From Klebsormidium nitens (taxonomy: Eukaryota > Plantae > Klebsormidiophyceae), in NCBI GenBank assembly GCA_000708835.1, contig DF237024.1, positions 62,001 through 126,000 on the forward strand: a DNA stretch of 64,000 nt, read 5' to 3'. Position numbers and translations under genes: made by a program. The notes under the pieces are model-generated. The model worked only from the letters and a program-made list of their open reading frames with translations, had not been told where the DNA came from and made no database searches. This document shows positions 52,901 through 64,000 of the stretch, piece after piece (the stretch's first letter is position 1; each line of letters opens with the position of its first letter).

Positions 52901-54869
52901 CTACTGATGCATGATTCCAATGGGCTTTGGTGGGGGGATCCACCGTTTCGTGTTGTAGACGCTCTCGCCAGGCACCCAACCGGGAACGTCCTTCATGATC
53001 TTTGCTTCATTTTCAATCTGCCGTTGCTTAGCATGGACAAACCTGGAGCCCGAGAGAACAGCGTCAGTCCACCAGGGCAAACGCTGACTTCATGCGTTCG
53101 CTTAAGAAGAAACATCAGGAACGAAAGGCAAGAGAGACGAGGAAGTGGACGTGGTCAGAAGGTGCTGGCTGCAGCGATCCTACATCTGATGACCTTTCTG
53201 CTGAGAAACCTTGCATATAGAATGCTTCCACGTCATCAAGCTCGCCAATCCGCTTGGCACTCTTTGCAAAGTCTGAGTTAGAAACAAAGTCACGTCAGCC
53301 TCAGCAATGTCAACACAGTCATGGAAAAATAAGCGCTTTATCCGGCCTCGCTTTACGACATCAAGATAGACGATGCTTGATCAATTCAAGCACTCGGACT
53401 TTGTCGGCTCTGAAGTGTCCTCTTTAAGGGGCAGCAGAAGATGAGGCAATCAGCCATCTTGGCATCAACACGATCATCCAACAGGCAAGAGCTTAAAAGT
53501 AATCCCCAGCCCTGTTTGGGATCCAGTGTGATAAAGACAACACGTCCATCCTACTCTCTTCTCTAAGCACACGAAGCATGCTGGCACACGGACACTAGTT
53601 GGAGCTATGCAAGTTGAAAGGCTTCGCTAGCTAGAGCCAGGGCGGACTTCTGACTGCGTAAGGAGACATGGATACTTGTGACAACAATCCTGCATCTTCC
53701 CGGGAATGGGACAAGGTGGGAGCCGTGGCCGGGAAAAGGTCAAGAACAGGTATGGCCTCTCAAACTAAATAAAGGTCTCAACGTGCACGTTTGAGCGAAC
53801 AGATCCTTGGCTTTGCTCTATCTGCCCCTGGGAGCACTGCGTGAAATTTCTGGAACCTGTCCACAGCGGAGCGATTGCAGAAGTGATTAAAAATCACGAT
53901 TCTGAGTACAGAATGAAGGGAAAACGAAGCCAAAGTTCCATGATGATGAGGACTGCAAGATCCCAACTCACCTGAAGAAAGAGACCGACTGTATTAAACG
54001 ATGCCTTCAGAATACCACATAAGAAACGATACCAAGTTCCAGCGCTGGCGAAGGAGCCAGCATTGCTTACCGAGCATCTTCTTCTGCTTGTAGGAAGGGG
54101 ACCACTGCGTAGCGCGCGCTCAACTTTTCCATTTTGTAAGCTCTGCGATGATGGACAAGAAGCTGTCAGGTACGCGTCTTTGCACTGCTTACCAGAATAC
54201 AACAGCGCTTCTTCCCCAAAAAGCTTGCATCATTTCAAGGTGCCATTGCTGATCCTCGACCAACGAAGCCCCCGAATCCATGTTTTATTCAGAAGTTGTC
54301 AAACATCATGTTATCAGAATCAGGAGAAGTAAGAGATTGTACAGGCAGCACAGAGCTGCACTCTGATCACCATGGCGATGCCAGGCTTTCCTATGCTCGA
54401 TCAATGAAGGCGGCAAGCTCTGACAGTTTCTTACAAAGTCACTGCCGACAATCACTCAATGACTGCTGTTCCTTGGCCAGGTGCAAAAGAACCTTTGCAA
54501 TCCCGTCTGCAGAATCATGCTTGGATGGTCGAACTTCCTTATCGAAACCACACGATACATAAACCCCTAGAATCAGGATCGTTAAAAGCCTCTCAGGCAT
54601 TCCTTTCGTCCAAAAGGGACACCTCGCGCAAAACGTCGCCTAATACAGACTTACGCTCTGATCTTGTTGCCTTGGCCCACTTGGTAGAACCCCCACATGA
54701 TAGCCACGGCACCAATGCCAAATACCGTGTATCCATGGGGACCTGTATTTGGGATCCTGCGAGCGTACCGCACCCCAGGAAAACCACCCGGGGGAGGCCC
54801 GTCCTGAAGAAGCGGCATGTCCTTTACGCTGGACATGCCCTTCCGGCCTCGGATCGCAGCCTCCGTCAT
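52901..54869 (-). CDS. NDUFA13: NADH dehydrogenase (complex I) subunit B16.6 / GRIM-19, 3 exons
   Basis: Exons 54869-54655 [53 protein letters not shown]; 54142-54071 ..[16 protein letters not shown]; 53042-52901 [27 protein letters not shown]. Confidence 0.95.
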
Positions 54870-55320
54870 GGTGACCGTGCAAAGTACAATGCACCGAGGA
54901 AAGTGCTTGTATTGACGTTCACTTTGGGTTAAAAAGCATCGAATGCGTCTTGCCCAGCTGATTAGGGCACGCGGATCCCGCTACAATCTTTTAGGTAAAG
55001 CTTTTTGAGGTGATACTTGCAGTGGCTCGTTCAAGAGCTGTGACGTGATCCGACCTCTGCTCCGAAATGTTGCTAACATGCAACAAAGACGATGCACCAG
55101 ATAAAGCAGAACGCGTGCTACTATGAGAGATTTCGAAGCACTCTTGCGCAGACACTGCAGTAATGACAGGCGGCTAACCCGCGACTAATCGCCTCTGCTG
55201 CTTGACAGGATGCAATGCTTCCTTTTGTCCTTCCTACTTCTGAAACCAACAAAGTGGACGCTGCGATTAGAGTAAGATGAAGAATGCAGTTTTGTGCGCA
55301 GGCAAAGGTGAGACTCAGAG

Positions 55321-55770
55321 NNNNNNNNNNNNNNNNNNNNNNNNNNNNNNNNNNNNNNNNNNNNNNNNNNNNNNNNNNNNNNNNNNNNNNNNNNNNNNNN
55401 NNNNNNNNNNNNNNNNNNNNNNNNNNNNNNNNNNNNNNNNNNNNNNNNNNNNNNNNNNNNNNNNNNNNNNNNNNNNNNNNNNNNNNNNNNNNNNNNNNNN
55501 NNNNNNNNNNNNNNNNNNNNNNNNNNNNNNNNNNNNNNNNNNNNNNNNNNNNNNNNNNNNNNNNNNNNNNNNNNNNNNNNNNNNNNNNNNNNNNNNNNNN
55601 NNNNNNNNNNNNNNNNNNNNNNNNNNNNNNNNNNNNNNNNNNNNNNNNNNNNNNNNNNNNNNNNNNNNNNNNNNNNNNNNNNNNNNNNNNNNNNNNNNNN
55701 NNNNNNNNNNNNNNNNNNNNNNNNNNNNNNNNNNNNNNNNNNNNNNNNNNNNNNNNNNNNNNNNNNNNNN
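55321..55770. other. Assembly gap (N run)
   Basis: 450 N between the divergent NDUFA13 and SAPS genes. Confidence 0.99.
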
Positions 55771-56420
55771 TCAGAGAAGCTGCTTCCTTCTTCTTGCTTT
55801 TGAGCATTAATGCTGGCACGTGTGTTGCGCTTGGCGCTCTTTTTGGCGGGGCAATTTTTGCTTCGAGAGGAGACCGTGTTACATTCCAATGTTTTCGTGG
55901 GAGATTTGTTTCCAGTCTAGCGTTCTCAGAAGGAGACGTAACGCTGTGCTCCAAATGCTCGCGACGATCTCTTCCAAATTTGGGCTGCAACTTCAAGACG
56001 ATGGCGGTGTTCAAAAGCAGAAAGCCAGGAAAGGGGACAGCTCACTGAAGCCTGAAGGTCATGGTGCTATCATTCATCATGGCAGCACGTAGTAGAAGAA
56101 GGTGTGCGTTGGAGCAGGGTCCTTTCTTTGCAGTGGTGGCTTGCTGTAATCTGTAAAAAATAGCGTGCTTGGCGGAAGCAAGATCTGTGTGGGACAGCAC
56201 AAGTTGGGAGACTCTGGCAAACCAAGCAGCTTGTGAACCTGGCAGTGTAGGCCTGCGATTTGGATTGCAGCAGCCTTGAAAATTGAGCAGTACGAGGGAT
56301 CTGTTCAGCGGTTAAGGTAAAGAGTTGCTGGAAATTCTTGTTGGCCTATTCCCGGCTGCTTGGTGCACTTTGTCAGCACAACTCCAGGATTCACCAGGAG
56401 GGGTTTTTGGAGACGGCATC

Positions 56421-59400
56421 ATGTTTTGGCGGGTGGCTGGGCTGGCTACTACGTCGCCGGTACGTGCAAGTACCGCCTGCAATACGAAGCTGGACTTTTA
56501 CCGCTTCCTGCTGGCCCAAGAGAAAGTCCTAGCAGTCAAGACTTGCACTCTTCTGTGGCAGATGCTTAAAGACTCGCTCACTGTGGTAACCGTCAAAGAC
56601 AGGGCTTAGGGTTTGGCGATCAGGTTTGAGCGGATATCAAAGTGCCTTTGTAGTGAACAAGTTTTCCCAGAGGAGCATGTTCCGTACTTGCCCTGTTTTA
56701 CCTGGTGTCATATGGATGCTTCCTCTTGTTGCAGGTGGAGACCGTGCTTGACAAGGAGTCTTTTACGCTAGAGAATCTTCTTGATGAAGATGATCTTATA
56801 CAGGAGGTCAAGTCTATGAACGGGCGTCTTGTGAGCTAGTGAGTGCGCCGTCATCTACGGCTGAAGTCAAGTCTGTTGTGCATTGAATCTGGAGAAATGG
56901 CTGAAGTTGAGTGTTTGGTGAATCGAATCCGGTTCCTCCAAGATCAGTTGGTAAACAAGTTACTAAAAATCTAGGAGACGAATTGGTGAAATTGATTACA
57001 AGAAATTGACAGCCTGCTGCTAAGGACAGGTCAGTCGTAGCTGCAGATCTGTGTGGCGCTGAGTAGATGCTGCTTGTGCTTTTCAAATCCAAATCTCCTG
57101 AACGCTTTCTGATAGATGGAGCATAGTATCTCACTGTCAAGGAAGATCAGGGTGCATTGCTTTCCGAGGCTTGTTGTGGCTCCATATCAAAGAGGGACAG
57201 ACCGCCGAGTAGCTGCGGTACTGGCAATTGTGCTTTGCCCTCAAATTCAGCGCCAAGTTCAAGATGTACCAAGATCAAGTTTAGTCCAGAGAAGCGCTGC
57301 ATTGTTGGTCACATTGTGCTCCATGGATCGTAATCAGGACCTGCGGTTCCAGAAACCCTAACTTAGAGGCCTTAAGAAGGACAGAGCATCGGTGCAGTTT
57401 GTGAAGGACTTCGAGTTGCAATGTCTCAAGAGACTTACACATTGACTGTACCGGGCGAAAATGCCGCGATAAGTAAATGACGATTTTTTTTGCCCAACAC
57501 TCTAAAGTTTCATACAGGAAGTGTTCGACGAAGAAAAAGGGAGACTCTGCGCTGCAAAAACAGCCACATTTTACTCTGGGGGCATAGCAAGCCGTTGCAC
57601 TGAAATACGCTTGCAAGTAACCAGGTGTCAGGATCCTAGCATCTGCCATGAAAGAGGATCGCAGCCTGCCAAACCGATTGATTAGAGCAACTGAATCTGC
57701 TTTACGACTCTTTCTAAGGACCCCTTTCTGGCGTCCTCTTGTCCTGCAGCCTTCGGAACCGTCCCCAGGTCGAGCAGCTTCTCAAGTATGTTGTGGAGGA
57801 ACCCCCACCAGACGCGGACGACAAACGGCTTTTCAAGTAAGTTGTTGGCTTTCACGGAACCAGAGAACACAGCTGCCAGTATCATGTCTTGAGAAAATCT
57901 TCCCAAGACAGGCCCATCATTACTTCTTAAAAAGCAGACCTGACGCTTGTCAACAAAGAAGCTTGCCCGTTCAAGGGCAGGAAGCGAGGTAGTATAACAT
58001 CTGGCACGACAATTTCATTTTGTCATGATCAAGTCATGTCAGGACATTCGCTGTTCACTGTTGATGCATATGATTGGGTTATCTTTTTTCTGTTGGTTTG
58101 GGTGGTCCCTCTCAAGAAGCCGGTACCTTGACATCTCAATTTACATTGACTAGCGTTGCTGCCACACGCCATGTTAACATGCAGGACCTTTTCATCAGCC
58201 CTCCAGTATCTGGGTCAATTCGTACTTATAGAAACCGTTTCGGGCTTGAGCTTCGTTATTGATTTGCATGTGAGCTTGTGCACATGGCTCGCTCTAGCAG
58301 GGGCTCCAGCTTTGGGTTGCAGCCACTCAAACATATGTTTCAACCCTTTGCAGGTACCCCTTCGTTTCTTGTGAGGTCTTCACATGCGAGATCGATGCAA
58401 TCTTTAACACCTTGTTGGAGAGCGAAGAGGTACGGTGTCGAAACCCTTTCCGTGTTTGGACCAAGGATCGGTCCTAGCACTAGCAGACGTCTCGTCCGCA
58501 CCAATTCTCTTTGGTCATCCCCGCAGTGCCGCCTCATAGGCCTTCGTAACCCTGCTCCTCTGGTTGAAATTGGAAAACCCCCATGTATCGCACCTCCGAT
58601 TTTGTGTAATATGTGAACGGCTTCCGGCAATGACATCATCAAACTCATTCACGCAATATCAATGGAACTCGCAACACATAATAGTCCAATGACGTTCTTC
58701 GAGTGGAGCATAAGCATTGCAAAGTTCGAGTGCTCTGCGCAAAGATGAAAAGAGCTTCTGTAAGGCATAAGAGCTGCCATTGGCATCTTTGCAAGCTGTT
58801 GCTGTTCGCGGCATCTCATCTTTGTTCATACCGTGCAGCGGAAAGCATGATTAGCATTGAACTTTGACAAGAACCCAGTGTTCATGACCCACTTGATTCA
58901 GGACTGGTACTGCACTTCTGCAGACTTTCAGTTGTTTTGCTCTTTGGAATTCGCAGTACTAAAGTGTGCATGTTATCCCCGTGGCTGCTGTGTCGACCTT
59001 AACATGTCCCGCATTCCAAGCGACGACAAAAGCACAACAGAATGATCGAACTTGTCGGCAAATTGATCACGCGCGTTTTATCTTTGGCCAGCTCATGGAC
59101 CTGCTCTTCTCCTTTGCCTCCCCCGACCGCCCCCACGGGGCGCTCCTCTCGGGCTACTTCTGCAAAGTGGTCATCTGCCTGCTCGTACGGCGCACGCACG
59201 ACGTGATGCGGTACCTGCAGAACCACCGGGACTATCTGAAGAAGCTCGTGGATCTGATTGGCATCACCTCGATCATGGAGGTGAGCTTTGGATGCAGGTT
59301 TCAGAAACTCAAGGCCTTACATCTCTAACGGATATATGCAAGATCGTCAAGACGTTTCAAGAGATTTCGTGGACCTGTTGCCCTTACTCTCCTATGGAGG

Positions 59401-62400
59401 TGAAGTATTTTGCAGTTCTTAGTGGCAAGCTATAACGTAGTACGTTTCTCAGCCAAGAAAGCGCCCCGAAAAAGAAGGTAATCCTTGGTGAATGGCCCAC
59501 GAAACGACAATCCGGAACAAATTCAATGAAGAAGTACACCTCTTTTGGAAGCCTAAGTGATGGAGTGTATTTTATTCGCAGGTCGTCATGCGCCTTGTGG
59601 GAGCAGACGAGCAGATCTTAATGTTCCATGCGGATGCGGTCCAGTGGCTCGCCGACACGGATCTCCTCGAGATGCTCGTCGAGAAACTTGACCCACAGGT
59701 GATTCTCGAGTACCGAGTTTGTCCACGTGGTCCGAATTGAAGGTACTACGTGCTATCGCACAAGTCTTTATTGAAGCCTCCCCGATCCAACTGTATTTTT
59801 GGCGTCAGGTCCGTGTACCCGACATGCCGCTTCGAGTCATTCAGTAGACAAACTCCTGTGCTTTCGGGGCTCCCTTCGAAGGATGCAGGAACGATCTGCA
59901 GCATTTGCGAGCAGGTTTCGCAAATCGTTCAAGTGCGCAGGGCACATACAGTGCTCGAAAATCTGATTTCGCTTACTCCCCCTTACCAATCGGGTGACGA
60001 GTCGTAAGACTGTTTGCAGTCTGTCTTTGATCCGTCTTCCAGCCCGGAAGTTGTCTCTCCGACTTGTAAAGTAGTGCCAAAATCCTCACACGGGAGTTCT
60101 TCTCCTGTACAGCAATCCCCCGACGTGCACACCAACACGGCCGACACCCTTTCCGCGGTCGCGCGCACCGCGCCCTCCGCGCTCGCGTCTCAGCTCGCGA
60201 GCCCCGACTACATCTCTAAGCTCTTCAAGCACGTCCTCTCCAGTCCCCAGTCCAAGTCGTCCCTCATAAACGCCCTCTCGGTGTGCATAACGCTGCTAGA
60301 CCCGAAGAGGATCTCGGCCGCGGCGGCCGCCGGCCAGGCCCGGGGGATCCAGAACTTGCAGCCGGGCACGGGGGGGCTGATTGCGGCCGCGCCGGAGACT
60401 GTCGACGGAATGCTCCAGCAACTAGGTGAGTGAGATTGTCAAGTTTCTCAGATGATTATGCATTGACGCTGTCGGTGGCCTTGCAGATTCTTGTTTGAAA
60501 AGGGCGTCAGCTTAGAGGTTCACTTCTATCCGAATGTCTTACATTCAAAGCCCGCTGTTTGACGTTGAGATATGATGTTTCGCACCTGGTGCAATTTCCC
60601 GCTCGTGAAGCGCACTTGCGAAAGTCTGTTCGCTTTTTGGAACGACTCAGGGTCTCCAATAGCGTCATCAAGAAACTTAAGATCGTCGAAAGGCATTATA
60701 TTTCAAAGCCATCGCGTCATCAAGAAACTTAAGATCGTCGAAAGGCATTTTATTTCAAAGCCATCTTGCTAGGCAACCTGACTGTTGAATTCCCCCTAAA
60801 ACAGGGCGACGAATGCGTAGTGCTTACGAGCCACACCTAAATGCTTGCCATACTTCCGTATCCACCTGACTCAATAGATTGAGGTATCTTCTCAAGAAAC
60901 GACCAGCGATGGCTGATGGCAGCGGGCCCCCCTCGATATCCTTTGGCTGAAGATGTTCGACTCAACCTTAATTGAAATACAAGGTGTTAAAACTCTGACG
61001 TTTGCATGTTCCAGGTGACCTTCTGAAGCTGCTAGCCGTGAAGGGCGACGAGCACGTGCTGCCCACCACGTACGGCCAGCTGTCGCCGCCGCTCGGCATC
61101 CACCGGCTGAAGATCGTGGAGTTCATTGCGGTGCTCGTGCGCACGGGGAGCGTCCCGGCCGCCGAAGAGCTCATGCGCCTCATGGCGATCAACACTGTTC
61201 TTGACCTCTTCTTCGAGTGAGTTCCGCAGTCCTGAATGTTGTCCTGGTTTCTTAATGTTCTGACCTTGTCATCTGTGTTCCTTATGTCAAGGTGCAGAAG
61301 ATGAGCAGAGAAAAGTTGAGAAAGTCCTTGAGTTTGCTGACCATCGACAGCGTCCTCAATGTGCGCTCCGTGTTCTTATGCTTGATCTCCCTTTCTCGTA
61401 ACGTCGGAATTTTCTAAAATCCATTCTCCGGCGCACTGTAGTCATCGCAAGCAGACAGTACTTTGAAATATCCCTTGCAAGTTTCGTTGCCGGGTAGTCA
61501 TGAGTGCGAAATTTGCTCGACCTGTGAGATCAGGGGGCTAGGATTACAGTTACCATCCACTCAGTCGACTTCCTGAGAAAGCACAGTTTGTTGCCGAAAG
61601 GAAGCCTCCAAACTGTCGCATTGATACGCAGTTTTCCTTGTGCAGTTTCCCGTTCAATAACCTGGTCCACCATCAGGTGGAGTCCATTGTGAACAGCTGC
61701 CTTGAAGACTCGAACCCTGCGCTCCTGGACCATCTCCTTAAGGACTGCAAGCTTGTTTCTCGGATCTTATCAGCCGACGCAGACCCGCACGCACCAGATA
61801 CCACCCCCACGGTGAGCTTTGCCGACGGACTTCTGGGTTTTGCAAATACATGAGTAGTTGTGTGGCAAAGGGCATGCAAGATCAATCGTGACGCCAATTC
61901 TTGAGTTTGTGGCGCCAGTCGTTGAAATATCCGGCAGGCAGAAGGGGTAGAATGTGCTTGGTCGACCTAGCGTAGTGCAGAGTTGGAAGGCAGAGTCGTG
62001 ACGGACCCCCAATCCAGGAAGTTCGCATATACCTTGTTCACAGGTCATCGGGAGCTTTTTGGTCACATCCTCCGAATTCTGTCCTCAGGCTCTCAGCTTA
62101 TTCCTGTAATATGCAAAGCTTCTCTCCCTAAAGGCTCAGCAAACCCAACCACGGCCCATGTTCGCTTAACCTAGGTGTCTGAAAGCTGATTCCTGTATCC
62201 TTTGTGTGCAGGGAACCCCAAAAACGAGCAGTCGCGGGCCTAGCCGTGCCGGTTACATGGGCCACTTAACGCGCATGGCGAACAAGCTGATTGCGCTGTC
62301 GCCAACGAACGACGCGATCCGGGGCGCACTCGAAGGGGAGGCTGGATGGAACGAGTGGCACCAGAACGTGCTGCAGAAGCGGAACAGCGTGGAGAACGTC

Positions 62401-63760
62401 TTTCAGTGGAGCTGCGGGTGAGGAAACCCACGATATCAAGTTGCGCTGTGTTAGCATCTGTCGAAGATATTGGTTTTTGTTGGTTTCGCTCGGCTCTCTT
62501 CCGGCAGTCGTTCTCTTTTCGTTTCCTCAGGGTTTCTGGGGTTTTCTAGATGTTGGCAAGCCCTCTTCGGTGGAGATTCACCTTTGTCCTGAGGTGCAGA
62601 TCCACTGGAGGATTGGTTTGAGTGACCCGCTCGAGGGACTGCGAAACGTGTAATCACGGACGTCGAAAGCATCAGCATGCAACTAGGATTACTGATAGCT
62701 CGGACCAAGATTATACTCGCTGATTATCGCAATTTGTGCAAGTCCCTTCCTTTATGTGTTGTTTCGCTCACTGTGTAGTTGTCATCTACTAATAACGAAC
62801 GCACGTGATCGCCCCCCGTTAAGCGATGCCCATTCTGAGGCGGCCCACTTGGGCTTGATGTGCCTGGAACGTTCGTTCTGACTTGGTAACTCAATGTCGT
62901 CCTTTCCAGGCGGCCGACTGCTGTTGAGGAGCGCACGTCGGAGCCCGTAACCGACGGCGAAAGCGAGTTCATGGACCCGCAGCGCGACTTCGACTTGCCG
63001 CAAGGGAGCATGGCCAACAACATTGGACGGGACCGCTTCAGCAACCGCTACGGAGTGTTCGACGGGGAGGTCGAAGAGGTCAGTCACGAAGTCTGACCTT
63101 CCTTAGTCTGAGGTTCAAGTGTGGGTTTGTTAAAGGCGCACATATTAGCATGTCACGGGAAATGCTTCGGCGATCGGGTGAATCAAGGCAAGGTTACGGC
63201 GTGCAGATTCGCGTATAGCGTTAATAGACTAATTGACAAAACGAACTCGAAAAGGTTACTCGGATTTCAGCGGCAAGCCTCTTCAGTACTGAAGTACTTT
63301 GAAAGTTGCTTGTGGCTAAAGATGGAGACAGGAAGCCGTTGTGGGCTTCGCAGCGAGTTGTGAGGAGCGGTGTCGCAACCACCCGCGTGCTCGCTCTAGG
63401 ACGGGCTCTGAAGAAGACAAAAAATCAGCGGGTTTAACCTGAGCCGTTGCAAAGCTGGTATTTTCCAAAGAAGCACGGTGAAGGTCCTCTGTTCAGCTAT
63501 TCTTTCAGCCGGATCCTTCGAGCATCTCAAAGGCTGGGGCAAGAACGTGTTTTGATCCTTTGTGGATTCACCTCTTTCGACAACAGAAGATCGTAATCTG
63601 CTGTTGGGCGCCCTTGCAGCAGGACGTGTTTTTCGACGACGAGACCGCGGAGGTGGTCATCTCGTCCTTGCATCTGGGGGGTGACGACAGCAGCGACGAG
63701 GACGAGGGGGAAGCCACGTCGTCGAAGAGGAGCCCCGAGGGAGCGGAGGTGCGGAAAATT
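56421..63760 (+). CDS. SIT4-associated (SAPS) / protein phosphatase 6 regulatory subunit; 3' end probably beyond right edge
   Basis: MFWRVAGLATTSP|VETVLDKESFTLENLLDEDDLIQEVK..; LRNRPQVEQLLKYVVEEP; YPFVSCEVFTCEID; LLSGYFCKVVICLL; PTTYGQLSPPLGIHRLKIVEFIAVL; FPFNNLVHHQVESIV; RAGYMGHLTRMAN; WNEWHQNVLQKRNSVENVFQWSCG; DVFFDDETAEVVISSL. About 11 exons with GT-AG sites. Confidence 0.94.
60662..60765. repeat. 52-bp tandem duplication (1 mismatch) in a SAPS intron
   Basis: gcgtcatcaagaaacttaagatcgtcgaaaggcatt(a/t)tatttcaaagccatc twice. Confidence 0.95.
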
Positions 63761-64000
63761 TTGCACACACTCTACATCTTGGTATCCGTGTCCTCTCCGT
63801 GCTTCCAAATGCATCGTCCTTCTTCCTCTTTGCTGCGATTCACGGACGTTTCTGCTTATTCCCCTTTCTACCTTCCTAACTTTCTGATGCGGGACTCAAT
63901 CAACACTTTCCGTGTCCCAAAAGTGCATTCTGGTTTCTCATCCTTTTCAAAGTTCTTCCCGCTTCCAATGCGCCTGTTGATGGACTCTGGTTTTCAAGAA

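Noticed and set aside
55121-56048. Long ORFs spanning the N gap
   Set aside because: Length is an artefact of 450 Ns translated as X; flanks show no protein features.
61320-61380. Possible echo of SAPS exon end (IDSVLNV versus INTVLDL)
   Set aside because: Nucleotide similarity too weak to distinguish from chance.

Overview
Eukaryotic, intron-rich nuclear DNA: GC-rich exons, GT-AG introns and two N-gaps. Gene content and protein sequences point to a streptophyte green alga or early plant lineage (Klebsormidium-like; an inference, not a database match). Recognisable genes from left to right: a plant-type aldehyde oxidase (minus strand, runs off the left edge), plastid coproporphyrinogen III oxidase, a bacterial/GTT1-like glutathione S-transferase, a three-member unknown gene family (two tandem plus-strand copies with apparent lesions, one apparently intact inverted copy with a zinc finger), a small glycine-zipper membrane protein, PTS2-bearing acyl-CoA oxidase (ACX2-like), a GT29 sialyltransferase-like gene, complex I subunit NDUFA13/GRIM-19, and a SAPS/PP6 regulatory subunit (runs off the right edge). 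The most striking non-gene pattern is a set of about a dozen degenerate copies ('echoes') of exon ends, most with their splice site, in the adjacent introns of five different genes. All exon coordinates were read by hand from the sequence and are not supported by transcript data.
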